DNA from: the human T2T-CHM13v2.0 reference genome, Homo sapiens
Length of the DNA: 64,000 nucleotides
Reading direction: 5' to 3' (one strand)
Assembly (NCBI RefSeq): GCF_009914755.1
Contig: NC_060926.1
Below the pieces are notes generated by a model, which saw only the letters and a program-made list of their open reading frames with translations, did not search any database and was not told where the DNA came from. Numbering within the stretch: the stretch's first letter is position 1; every line of letters begins with the position of its first letter. Below are positions 31,999 through 45,525 of this stretch, piece by piece. Position numbers and translations under genes: made by a program.

Positions 31999-33204
31999 CT
32001 CTAGAAAAAGATGTACAGGCCTCTTCAACAAATGTCTCCAACTAGATTCAATTTTATGCTCTGTCACCAAAGGAAAGTATTTTTATCTTGGCACAGTGTC
32101 TGACAGAATAGTTCTAATATTTGTGGAAAAATAAAGGTCATTGGTATTTAAAATTCTTTTGTTGCTTCTTCTCGTTACACAGTCTCCTACTCATCCTCAA
32201 GTTTTCGTCAGTCACTATAACTGCCTCTAGCAGTCTCTTCTCTAACTCCCACCTTTCTAATCTCAGTGGAAATTTGGTAACACAGCTTATAAATATTTTA
32301 AGGTAAGGTTAAATTGGTTACATGAAGACCCTAGACCTATTTTCTGAGTAGAATACAGGTGGTTTGGTGCAGCAATTTGGTGACTTATTTTGATTGTCCC
32401 AAAGCCTTTTTGTTTAGTTCCACGTTCTCTATTACCCTTTGGAAAAGCAACATTTCAGGACGAATGAGGTGTTACTGTAGCATACCTGATCATTTTTATA
32501 ACACAAAGTAGCATTACAACTGAAAAGATATTCATCAAAAGACTGAACTGCAGTAATTGGAGTGGTAGGATTTTCTTGGAATATCTGAATTTATTACTAA
32601 TTTTACAGTGAACATACATTACTTTTGTAATCAGAAAAGCTACCTTAATTTAAAAAAAAGAAAAATCAGAAGGATCTGTCTACTCAATCTTACTGACCTA
32701 ACTCAACAATTTTCATTTGGCATATTTTCTATCATAATTTGATCATCGTTTTCAGAGGTTGTAAATACTGTGTTTATGTTTTTATTTTGATTCATACTTG
32801 GCTTGCTGAAAAATACGCTGTAAATATAAAATACTGCAGTAATGCCGACAATCAACATGGTGAAAGGTGACAGTCTTTTTGATTTCTGCTCAACTCATTA
32901 TTTTATACAATAAGCTCAGACGAATAATACCCAATTTGGATAATGTTACGCTTGACAAAACACTTTACTTCATTTAGTCCTCACAACAACCCTGTGAGGT
33001 AGGCACATTCTCGGAGGTAAAATGACGTGGGCAAAGTTCCCTGGCTCGTTTGGGGAAAGGCTCAGCAGCCGGGCCAAGAAAGGTCTTTGGGGGCGCAAGT
33101 CTTTGGAGGGCAGGTCTTTGGGGAGCGCTTTGAGTAATATTAGAGCTTTCACTAAACCCTGGCCTATTACGTCCCCTCCCCTGAGATTTACCTTTATATA
33201 CTCA

Positions 33205-33468
<264 letters not shown>

Positions 33469-33849
33469 TCAAAGGTGCTGCTGTCCAACCTGGACGGTGA
33501 CCTCTGCCCTTTGCCCGACCCCGTAACCAGAGACGCCACTCCTGCCCTCCCTAACGACGCGGGCCTTTCAGACGCCTACGCGGGTCGCCCACCTGACTGC
33601 CCGAAATCACCCCGCCCACCAAGTGTCCCCTCTTCTTCCTGGAATAGTCTCGGTGCACAGCCTCACGTAACAGGGCCCTCCTGATATGGCGAGACTCCGC
33701 GCTCCTCGTCACTCACGGGGCAGGCGCTGAGGAAGGAACTGTCAGGCACCGCGGGGACGCCTTTCCGAGCGCCCGGCTCGGCGCGGCGCGGGGGCGCGCA
33801 CGCCGCCCAGCTTCGGGGCCGCAGAGGGGGCGGGGCGGGACGTCCGGGG

Positions 33850-33962
33850 AGTGCGCACGCATCCTGCCCGCGGCGCGCGCGCAGGTCGGTGCGTCTGTCG
33901 GGGGCGCGCTCGGGTACCTGTACCCCACGTAGTCGCCGGTTACCGATCGGACTAAGTTCCAG
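33850..33962 (+). other. BABAM2: BABAM2 non-coding first exon (start approximate)
   Basis: Lies directly downstream of GC boxes in the CpG island. Donor CAG|GTACCT at 33963; a possible alternative donor CAG|GTCGGT at 33885. Confidence 0.7.
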
Positions 33963-34257
33963 GTACCTGGACTGGGGCTGGTGCGGGGAGGTTGGATCCC
34001 GAGTCGCACAGGTGGCGTGGAGAACTGTGGTTTAAATATGGCCAGGGGACTCGCCTCCTCTTCCTATGGAGAAGGCCCCCGTTCCAAAGATGCCCTTCTC
34101 ATCCCCATCACGCTGATTCCCTCAAGAACGAGCCCCCAAGGCCAGAGGCGTCTCTTTCTCCATATCTGGCCCATCCCCTGGTTCCTGTAAACCCCGAGTA
34201 TTAGTTCCTTGTTGCCTGATGAGGGGAATCATACAGTTTGGAAGAGGGGAGAGTGTC

Positions 34258-34606
34258 CCTTTTTAAGACGTCCCCTAGAGTGGGGTGGTCATTCTTCGGG
34301 TCTGAGCTAACTTGTTTTTCTCGAATGTTGCCCCTTGGGGGAAATTGCTTCCCCAGTGTAACTTCCCTCGTGCGCTGTATGACGTCGACGTGACGCAGCA
34401 GGATGCCACCCCTTTCCGTTCCATGACGTCAGCAGGGCACATGTTTCCGTGTTTGTCATCTCATTTTAATTGCAAGAACCTGGATGGTGCTTTAGACGTC
34501 TTTGTAATCCCCAGGCCTCTCATCAAAGGACCTTTTGTAACTTTATTTTGGGGTAGCAGACCCTTGCAAAAATTGTAATTTTGCATTTTCCTTTTGCAAT
34601 ACGTCA
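34258..34606 (-). promoter_or_regulatory. CRE/ATF motif cluster with minus-strand TATA-like element
   Basis: Perfect TGACGTCA 34424-34431; TGACGTCG 34380-34387; TGACGCA 34391-34397; AGACGTC at 34266 and 34494; TACGTCA 34600-34606. CTTAAAAAGG on the minus strand at 34258-34267. Confidence 0.6.
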
Positions 34607-36833
34607 AAATCAGGAAATACAAATTGCAGTAGTAGTATTCAGGGGACTCTGACCACCGTAAATATTTGTATATCTGGGGTGTATTATAGTGCTGCCATGC
34701 GTAAGAGTTACTACCGGTGGTGACTCCCTGTCCATGTACCCGGTTCACTGCACCAAAGGACCAGTGTTTTTGGCTAAGTGACTTCTGATTTTGGAGTCAT
34801 TGTGTTCCACTCCCCACCCCCCGCCCTTTTTTTTTAGAGAAGTCACACCTCCTCATGGTTGAAATAGATTTTAATACTGCGTGAAACCTTGCACTGTTAA
34901 AACATAGTATTATGGCTGCCCTGGAAATAGAATTCATTCCCTCAGGTGTCATCCTAAAGTCACGACCGTTGCTGAATTAGAATGTATTGTTGTCACTTAG
35001 TATGGTTTGGCTTCTAGAGCAAGGCTGTTCCCTTTAACATTTGACTAGTGAATCACTCAGACCAGGTTCAGCAGTAGGTCAGCAATAGTCCAGTTTGTTT
35101 TTAGTGGTAAAGCAATCATTTGTTTAAATTTTTACTTTTTGTCTGTTCACATTTTATAAGATATACGCTTTACAAAATCACCTTGATGCTTTTCTCTTTG
35201 GTGATAGAAGTTATCAATGTTTATTTGAGAGAAAGATGGGTATAGTGGACTTGGAGAATCCGGATTTGGATTCTGATCCTCCAGCTTCCAACATTCAACA
35301 AGTTATTTTATTTTGCTGAGCTTTAATTTTCTATTTGTCAAGTTTCTTTAGCTTCCACTTGTCAAATGGGAACAATTATTGTTCTCAGGGAACAGAGTTG
35401 GGGAAATGTAAATGAAATTACAGATAGAGATGAGTAATATAATGCCTGATAATGGGTAGATAGGTGTCTAGAATGTGTTGGTTCTGTTTCCTTCTTTTGT
35501 AGAAGCAAGAGATAAAGTAATAATGGGTACTGTGGGGAAAAACACAGAAGAACAATTCGGTAATATAGGTGAGACCCTTTTGCTTTTTTATAAGATAGGT
35601 ATATTTGTACTTAGCATATGACTTTGATAAGCATCCCTTCAAGAATTGTGACATAGACATGAAGGTGGAAATGTTGGCGAATAGAAAAAAATAGGCTTCA
35701 AAATTATGATGTGGATTAGTATACTGTTCAGAATCAAATTATAATAATTACCCATATTATCTGCAAACTGGGAATTAAAATTCCTTACTACCTCAGGCTT
35801 GTGAAGATCAACTGCAGTAATATATATGGACGCTCCTTGTAAGTGATAAAATGTTTAAAAAAGTACATGATTTTTATGATTGGTAGTACAGTGTTAGATG
35901 TTTAGTCTTACTTTGAAATGAGAGACTAGTCGGGGGGCGGTCATCTGTTAAGCGGTCAGAAGAAGAGCTTGTTTTATATTTACAAAAAGGATGATTTTAG
36001 AACTGAAGTATGAATATAAAGGTGTTAATCTCGAAGATACTTCTGGTTGTCATCACTATATAGGGTCAAAGTGTTCTTATTTTTTGAGCTATCAAATTAG
36101 CAAATAAATTTATTACTTACTATCTGAAATAATAAACTGAAACAGGTTTTAATTTTCAACATTTATTTTAGCAAGGACTTGTAAGTTTTCATGTGGTATA
36201 ATGTATGAAAACTAGAACCAGAGCATCATTTACTGGTAACTTGCTGGAAATTAATTTTCTTTTGATGTGGCATTATTCTTTAAAATTGAGGAAGGAAACG
36301 ATCATTTGAATCGACTTTTTCCTCTGAAGGAAGAGGCTTTCATTTAGAAATCTATTAAGAAGAATTCGTGTACTCCCTCCCCCAGCCCTATGAGTTTCCA
36401 GATAATTTAGATATGATGTATTGGTTCTACTTTTGTGGTTTTAAGTGTAAGGACTTAGTGCCTTAAAGTCAAATACCTTAAGATCCATGTTAGTCTGTGT
36501 TGCTTGATAGCTGCATAGATGTATGTTTTCATAATTTAATTGTCAAGTAGATTTTTGTTATATCTCTTCCTTGGATCTTGTTATATCTATTCCCCTACCA
36601 AATTCTGGGGAGGGGGCACATTATCTTCTCTCCATACTGAAATATTTCTCTAACTTTTGTCCCCTTACTCATTTATTTATTAAAAAATGTTTATTGAGTG
36701 TTTAGCATGTGCCAGGTATTTCTGTTAAACCCTGGGGATTCAAAACATAGACCCTGCAGGGAAGAGATCACGTAAGCAGGTAGTTATACTACACTGTGGA
36801 CGGAAAGGTATTAAGAAAGGTGTATCAGCAGTA

Positions 36834-37142
<309 letters not shown>

Positions 37143-37676
37143 TCAGCAGTAAATAATTTCTAGTAAGTAATAGCTTCAAGCAGGTCAGCCTGTTGTAGAG
37201 TTTTATACGGTATTATCCATCAAGTTTTTACTCCTTGTGGGGACACACAGGGAGAGATTGCTAACTCAGTGATGTGTGTGTTTTTGTGTTGGGATAGAGG
37301 ATTGTTAGCGAGGGCTCCTTGGACTCAGCTAAGGTAGAACGAGTGAGATAGAGTGGGACCACTTTGAGTAGAGTGTGGCAGTGTAGAAATCAGCTTTGGG
37401 AAGGAAAAGGGAATTGTATTTCAGGAGTTCCTTCTGTTCCTGAAAAGCAGTGATGTAGTCCCAGTCCTGAGTAGCTGAGCAGCAGTGAGGTGGTTTCTTC
37501 TGGAGGATCATTGGAAGAGGCTGCGCTAGAGATGGGAAATGAATTATTTATTCATGCAAGAGGAACTGCTGTATGCTGTCCAGTTTTCAGGCAGAGTGTT
37601 GTATCTAGTCCATTTGTAAGCCCTGATCATTATTCTTTCCTTCTGCTTTCAGTGGTGATTTACAAGTCAAGTTAAA

Positions 37677-37804
37677 ATGTCCCCAGAAGTGGCCTTGAAC
37701 CGAATATCTCCAATGCTCTCCCCTTTCATATCTAGCGTGGTCCGGAATGGAAAAGTGGGACTGGATGCTACAAACTGTTTGAGGATAACTGACTTAAAAT
37801 CTGG
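37677..37804 (+). CDS. BABAM2: BRISC and BRCA1-A complex member 2 (BRE/BRCC45), first coding exon ([43 protein letters not shown]); exon starts at 37653 with 24 nt of 5'UTR
   Basis: Acceptor ttctttccttctgctttcAG ends at 37652, ATG at 37677, donor GG|GTATGT at 37805. Peptide recognised as the BRE N-terminus. It is too short to appear in the ORF track. Confidence 0.95.
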
Positions 37805-38274
37805 GTATGTACCAGAATGAATTCAGTCAATGTACCAGAACCAATTCAACCTTTACCTAATGACAGCCCTTCCTTACCAGACTCATAAAAATTGACTGCC
37901 ACAGAAACCCACCAAGTCATCATCTCATCATATGTTGATTCAGTTGGTTTTGTTCAGTTCTTGACATTTTATGTTTCAGGTTATTTTATTTGTGTTGTGG
38001 ACCATTGTTTTATGACTAGAATGTTCATGTCTTTTTTTCTGTTTTTTCTTTGTGAAGAGCATGCCGTCAGAGTTTTAAAAGTGTGTTTTTCATTCATTGG
38101 CTTGTTTTCTTATTGTGTTTGCTGCAGTCCAGCAACAAACATATTCTGAATCTGATACCATTTGGTAAACTCTCTTAATGTGAATATTATAATAGCTAGC
38201 CAAAATGGGTCATTTCTCACAATGGGGTTGAAACAGCAAGATCTCACACCTAGAAATGTTGCATTAAAAAACAG

Positions 38275-39150
38275 ATTTTTTTTTTCCTGAAACAAATTTA
38301 GATTTACCAAAAAGCTACAAAAATACTACAGGAAATTAGCATTGTTATAATATTGTTAATTGTTCTACAGGTCTTATTTGAATTTTGCCAGTCTTTCCAT
38401 TAATGCCTTTTTTGTTCCAGGATCCAATCATCATGTCTCCTTAGTCTCCCCAACAGTGACAGTTCCTCAATTTTTCTTTGCCTATCATGACCTTGACACT
38501 TTTAAAGAGTACTGGCTACTTATTTTGTAAAATGTGCATCCACATGGGTTTGTCTAATGTTTTCTTTTCATTAGAGTGAAAAATATGTTTTTTTCCCAAG
38601 TGTAGTACAGATGTGTTGTTGTACCATCCTCAATGCATCAGATCAGGGAATATATGATATCCATATGCCTTTTTACTACTAAGTTAACTTTGATAACTTG
38701 GTTAAGTGATCACTATAAAGTTAACTGATTTTTCTCCTTGTAATTAGTTAAGTACTGTATTTTGCTGAGTGATGCTTTGAGACTTTGCCAATACCCGGTT
38801 TCTCATCATCCTTTTGTCCATTAATTTCAGCATCCATGGATGATTCTTGCCTATAACTATTACTACTCTGGTGCTTGTCTAAGTGTGCTTTTTCTCTTTT
38901 TCTCATTCCTCCCCATTTATTAATTTGAATTCTACTGTAAAGAAACACTCTTCCTTCTCCTTCAGTTATTTATTTATTCAGTTATTTACTTATGCCAGTA
39001 TGAATTTTTAGGTATGTATTTTCCTCTGTGGGTTATAAATTAAATATTATTATCATTTATTTTGTTGGTCAGTTGCTCCAGCTTTTTGTCATTGGGAGTG
39101 CTATCAAGTGGCTTTTGGGTCCTTTTGACATATCCCCATCATTTTTGAGT
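38275..39150 (-). mobile_element. Old L1 (L1MC-like) 3' region
   Basis: tgttccaggatccaatc, catgaccttgacacttttaaagagtactgg, ttaactttgataacttggttaag motifs. Confidence 0.65.
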
Positions 39151-39171
39151 CCTTTCTTACTAGAAATGTTG

Positions 39172-40313
39172 CCTTTTTTTTTAAGATGGAGGAAATTTCA
39201 CTGGACTCTGGGATTTGTGGGAAGCATAGGTATTGGACACTAGGGCAAGTTTGCAGGGGCCATGCTCAAGGTACCTTCTTGGATATGGCATCCACAAATG
39301 AAGCTGTTGATATGGACAAAGATGCAGCCAGGAATCTCACTGACCTGGTACAGGGCGTCCTGAAGAAGCCACCGTGGCTTGAGCAGGGGCAGCTAGCTTT
39401 AGAATGAGTGGGGCTCCTCAGGCACACACTGTACTACTATTGTCTAGTCTGGTCAGTATAGATAACAAAGATGATGGCTGGGGTAGGGGCAGCCTAGATT
39501 CCAGGTGGTAGAGTTGTTCCTTTCAAGGGCATCCACTTTTGCCATTTCCCATCTCTCTCCACTTAGGTGCACCTGGAATCACTGGGCCAGGGCCCCAGGC
39601 CCCAGTCTGGCAGCCAGATGTACCAATAGAAGCCTAGTCTCTGCAGAAACTCTTCTCTAAGAGTTAGATCCATCACACACTTGAACCCTACCTTGGTTGG
39701 GCTGGTTCCAGGTGGGATTAAGTTGAGCCAGCATTCAGGCTAGTGGCTAGGGTATGTCAAAGTTTCCCCTTCTTCCACTGGTAGGTCTCATTATCTATTG
39801 TGTCCACCTCCTCCATGAAGTTCTTGTACATCTTGTCATAGAGGATGCACACCATATTTTCCTCTTCACTAGGCTCCAGCAACTGGGCCAGCAGCTTGTG
39901 CCCAGCTGGGTCTGGAGCAGCTTGTGCCCAACTGGGTCCACATTGCTCAGCTGGGTCCGCCATTGCTTCCCAGGTGACAGGGAGCTCGTGGTCTCTGTGA
40001 AAGATCTCTGGTGATGGTCATATCAGTGTCTCTGTGGGTAGTACTTTTCACACATGTCCACCATGATGTCACATGAAGCTGATTTTTCAAGGTCCTCGGT
40101 CTGCACCCTCTCTGCATCCCGTAGTCTGGCAGGAGGCAAAGCAATGTGCATGTCAGTGTCTTGTCACAGTGAATGGTGCCCTTGTGTGTCTCCATTCATG
40201 ATGGTGCCATGAGGTTGCTGTGGGATCATTTGGGTAACAGGATGGACTCTGAGACAACCATGCAGTGCTGGGTTTGGAGGGGTGTTAGCAGTGGTGGCAG
40301 CAGCAGTAAAAGC
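39172..40313 (-). pseudogene. MYG1P1: Processed pseudogene of MYG1 (C12orf10) exonuclease
   Basis: Frame-shifted peptide pieces THKGTIHCDKTLTCTLLCLLPDY (cf. MYG1 [23 protein letters not shown]), GHKLLAQLLEPSEEENMVCILYDKMYKNFMEEVDTIDN and QVSEIPGCIFVH. Intronless, with a residual polyA (T-run 39174-39182) and TSD core agaaatgttg at 39162-39171 and 40314-40323. Confidence 0.9.
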
Positions 40314-41654
40314 AGAAATGTTGTATTCTTGATTCTCTTTCTGCTTTCTCCTTGTTAGACTGTTTTGCCTTTTGCCATCTACACACCTTGCTGTTGTTTG
40401 ACCAAGCTAAAGACTTGGGTATAAGAATACTGAGTTAACGTTCTTTAGTGGTAAGATAAAAAACTAAGACACTTCTTTGGAATAGTAGGATGCTTTTGAA
40501 AACATCTGATATTATCTTCAATTTCATTAATCAAATACTTATGGAGCATTTACTATTTACTAGCCATTTTGCTAGTGTTAGGTTAGCTGCTTTTTTGTTG
40601 AGGCAAGAGGATTTGGTAGAAAGAACTCTGGTGGAGTTGATCAGAAGACAGTTTTAACTTTTTTTTTTTTCTTCTAAAAGTTAACTATACACATTAGGGG
40701 ATTTATAAATCAACTCTCATCCTTAGATAAGCCAGGGATTGGAAAGTGACTTTTTAGGGTTTTTTTTTGTTGATTTTTACTGGTTTAGAATTTTTGCCAT
40801 TTAGTCAAGCAGCAGGCCTGGTGCTCAGACAGACTTCCCCAGCTTATAAATGGTGGTAGGAAGTGGGGATTCTGAAATAGAGACTGTATATAGGATTCAT
40901 TCAGTCTGAATTTCCACATTATTATAGACAATCTAGATAAAGATTGGAGCCTCCTAAATTACAAAATGCTTTCTTTAGATGGACTCCATCTGTAATTGAA
41001 GTCATCAAGATCAGATCTCAAGAGGGTATTTTCCAGTTTCCCTCACTGTAATTTTTGGCCTGCAGAAAGTAGAGTGATGTACTTCCTTTACTGTGCTCAT
41101 TTCTTCTCAGTTTGTGGTTTTGACTTTGATTTCCTCTTTCTGGGATCTTTAAATCAGTATATTTTTCTTCTGGGTCTGAGAATAAAAAGATTTTCAAATG
41201 GATCACTGGATATTTCAGAGTAACTCTTCAGGTTTTCCCACACTTTCATGTTTCTTTCCTTCTTTGATTAAAAATAACATCTTTATGTCTGCATTGTGCT
41301 CATCTCTTTTTTTCTGTGTTTTTGAAGGTTTAAAACTGTTGGTCTTTTCATAAGTTCCTTTGGTTCATCAAGATTGTGCCTAATCCTATTTTCTTTTCCT
41401 TCCCACCTCAGGTCTTCTGGACCTAGCCTATCTTGCATTTTACTGCTAGGAACAAACACATTAAGGATTTTCTTCTTTTATTGGAATGGGGTGAGCTTGG
41501 AGAAAAGAAGGCATTTCAGATGTCCATTGATAGTCTTAAGTCTGTGTAGCCAGAGGCAGTTCCCATTTTCTCACTGGATCTCAATTTTTTATCCATAAAA
41601 TGAACAATCAGATTAGATGACTGAGGTTTTTGCAGGTCAAAAGTCCTGCAAAAA

Positions 41655-42085
41655 CAACTCAAATGTCCATCAGGTGATGAATGGATAAACAAATTTGGCA
41701 TATCAAAAATAGAATATTATTTAACCATAAAAAGTAGTGAAGTACTGATTCATAGTACAACATGATGAACCTTGAAAACATTGTGCTAAGTGAGAGAAGC
41801 TCATTACAAAAGGTCACATAGTATGTGATTCCGTTTATGTGACGTGTCTAGAATAGGCTAATCCATAGAGACAGAAAGTAAATTAGTGGGTGCCAGAGGC
41901 TGGGGGAATCAGAAGTGACTGCTTGAGTGAGGGATTTCTTTTTGGAGTAACAAAAATGTTGTAAAATTAGATAGTGGTGAAGGTTGCATAGCTTTGGGAA
42001 TAGATGAAGAATGATCAAATTGCACACTTCACAGTGATTTTATGGTATGTAAATTACATCTCAGTAAAGCTGTCATTAAAAAAAA
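41655..42085 (+). mobile_element. L1MB-like 3' end, followed by an Alu monomer (42102-42240)
   Basis: aaatgtccatcaggtgatgaatggataaacaaa; gtgctaagtgagagaagc; A-tail. Confidence 0.8.
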
Positions 42086-42596
42086 AAAACCAAACAACCT
42101 GAGCTGGGCACAGTGGTACATGCTTGTAGTCCCAGCTACTTGGGAGGCTGAGACAGGTGGATCACTTGAGCCCAGGAGTTTGAGACCAGCCTAGGCAACA
42201 TAGCTAGACCCCTTCTCTAAACAAAAATAAAGAAAAAAAATAAAACCAACCCATCAACCAGGAATGTTCATTGACCTGAATATATAGGACATAGAAATAA
42301 ATCTTTCTTTTTTAGCATGTCACAGACATTCTTTTCAGAGGTAATGAAGACCTGACAGGGGCCTGATGGCTAGTGGACTGGTGACTGGTATATGTAAAGT
42401 GATATCAACCTGAAATTCTTACTCTTTCTATCAGTATCCTGAGAAACCAGTTACGTTTTTCAGCATAAAGTCTTGTTGCTTCTTTTTCACAGATTCCCTT
42501 TTGGGTGTTCTCAAATTCCTGAATGTTTAGTTGAAGATTTAAGTGCAAATAGTGGGATCTGATGACAAATTTGAAATGAATCCACTAGTCCTAGTG

Positions 42597-42885
42597 TTTT
42601 TTTTTTTTTCGTGACAGAGTTTCGCTCTTGTTGCCCAGGCTGGAGGGCAATGGCGCGATCTTGGCTCCTCAACCTCTGCCTTCTGGGTTCAAGCGATTCT
42701 ACTGCCTCAGCCTCCTGAGTAGCTACAGCGTCCGCCACCATGCCTGGCTAATTTTTTGTATTTTTAGTAGAGATGGGGTTTCATCATCTTGGCTAGGTTG
42801 GTGTCAAACTCCTGACCTCAGGTGATCTACCCACCTTGGCCTCCCAAAGTGCTGGGATTACAGGCGTGAGCCACTGTGCCTGGCC
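42597..42885 (-). mobile_element. AluSp/Sq-like
   Basis: gagtttcgctcttgttgcc; flanking repeat tagtcctag. Confidence 0.9.
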
Positions 42886-43880
42886 TAGTCCTAGCTTTTT
42901 CTGGATTAACTGCCTGAAAAATATGTGATATGGCATTTAATGACATTTAATATGTATGGAATTTACTTTCGTTAGCTTCAAAAAAGAAATAAAAATACCT
43001 CTACCCACATTCATAAAATGATGTGAAAGACCTTGTTAATCTGGAACATTATTGATGCCTTTTATGTAGTACTTGTCTGAAAGATTCAGGGAAGTTCTTT
43101 AGAAGTTCATTAACAATTCCTTCTTCAATCCTTCCATCAGCCGAAGTGTGAATTTCTCGTTTCTGTAACAAAACAATGACAGAGTTAGGGAAAAGAATGG
43201 CTTCTTTTTGGTGTGTCACTTTTGGCATTCCTTTCTTTTAGATCTTCAGCAGACACAGTTATGAGTGGTAGGATCTACATGTCTAATTTCTATTAACTCG
43301 AAGAGGTATACCCTATAGGACACAGTATAAATAAAAGTATAAAACAAGGAGACAATTTTTAAAGGTCACAAGAACCAGTCTTATTACATGTAGCCAGTTG
43401 GCCTTGAAGAGATAAGGTCTAAGTTATCTATATTCTAGATCTGGTTCATAGGAGAAATAGGCAAGAACCTAATCGAAGCAAGATTTCTTTTTTTTTTTTT
43501 TAAATAGCAATTCATATATATTTCTCTTATGTTATCTAGATTTTTCTACCTTACTTAATAAGACTGTGTATGTTTCTAAACTCCATTGCTAGACCCATCA
43601 GTATCTTAAGGGCCAAGTTCTTGTTGAATTTATGTTTATACCTCCTTAAGATCTATCTTCGTACTTTTCACATGTAATGTAGTAAGTAGGATTTGAATGG
43701 ATGAATGAATGAGTTAGATGTTTTCCTTGAGAAACTACTTGTTTTGGGTATCAGAGTGGTTTGTTCTTGTGGTTTGGAAGGATTTTTATTGGCCTGATAG
43801 TGTATTGCTTACTTTCTGTTATGCATAATTCTTTTTAATGACATTCCCTGAAATGAGTTGACATTTTTGAAATTATAGTA

Positions 43881-44298
<418 letters not shown>

Positions 44299-44821
44299 TT
44301 ATTAGTTCTTTGCTCTGTGTTAATTTGATCACAAGCATGTGCTATTTGTAAGATGCCATATTTTGTCATTTTTAGTGATTTTTCTAATCTTGAAAATGTC
44401 TAAGTGTCTGTTCAGCATTCTAGAATGATGCCTGGCAAATACAACAGTGAGGAAAGCAGAGAGGGCTCACTGCAACCTGTGGCAGCTGAGCCTCAGTATC
44501 TTTTTTCAGCATATTGCAGTGACTCAACCTCACTGGCACATGGCTGTGTTTGGGGCATCTGCTGTGACATCTCATCCGCCCACAACTACCTATTGCATTT
44601 TTTTGTCCATGTTCTGAATTTCATTACTTAGTTAAAAATAGATACTCAGTGTAAGTACTTGATTACTAAATAGACAGAACACTTTTAAAGGATGAGTGCT
44701 GTAAGCTTTGAAGACTGATCTCAGTTTGGCTGCATGAGTCTCTCTAACTGGCAATCTGAATCTTCATTAGCCTTGTGTCTGGAAGGAAGCTGCTGCCCTG
44801 GGAGGCAATAGTTTAATTTTT

Positions 44822-44863
44822 GTCTATGGCCATACCACCTTGATTGCGCCCAATCTCGTCTGA
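44822..44863 (+). pseudogene. 5S rRNA-derived fragment (5' ~42 nt only)
   Basis: gtctatggccataccaccttgattgcgcccaatctcgtctga versus the 5S 5' end GTCTACGGCCATACCACCCTGAACGCGCCCGATCTCGTCTGA (5 mismatches). Similarity stops abruptly. Confidence 0.85.
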
Positions 44864-45300
44864 AGATGGGCAGTTTTTAATAATTTAGATTTAGTTGTTC
44901 ACTTAACTTTTCTGTACTTTTCCCTGATCTCATTCCCCTTTTTCCCCACGCCTGTCTTCATACTTTATGTATTCATTATACATAAATATATTCCTCAACA
45001 GTATTATTTTGCGTGTTTAAAAAGTTTGTACAAATGATATACTATATATATTCATCTATATCTTGCCCATTTTACTTAGTATAAAGTTAATGAGATTTAT
45101 CTGTGTTGATATTTACAGGTTTGGTTCTTTCCTTTGTGCTGATATTTTGTATTCCATTGTGTGAATATGCCCTTAATTTTAAATTCATTCTTCTGCTGAT
45201 TGACTGTTACACTGTTTAAATTATTTTTTTGACAAAGAATGCCACAGTGAACATTCTCTCACATGTGCACAAGAAAATATGTATGAGAATATTTTCTGGG

Positions 45301-45525
45301 ACAGTTTTTTAAACTGAGTGTATTTACCCATTAGTGGTTGTAAAATCAATTGAGTGAGTCACCCAACATTAAAAAATGAATGAGAACAAAATGGAAACTC
45401 TCAAAATGTGTCACAGTAAGAATAAGCACTGTTTTGTGAATTTTCATTTCGGTTAAATAAGTAAGTATGTGTATACTGGGTCATAATGAAAATATGTGTG
45501 ATGATCAAAACTTTGAAAGCTACCC
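45301..45525. mobile_element. Charlie4-like hAT remnant (similar remnant ~57730-58350 hosts the young AluY)
   Basis: acccattagtggttgtaaaatcaattgagtgagtcac...aaactttgaaagc; recalled consensus only. Confidence 0.45.
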
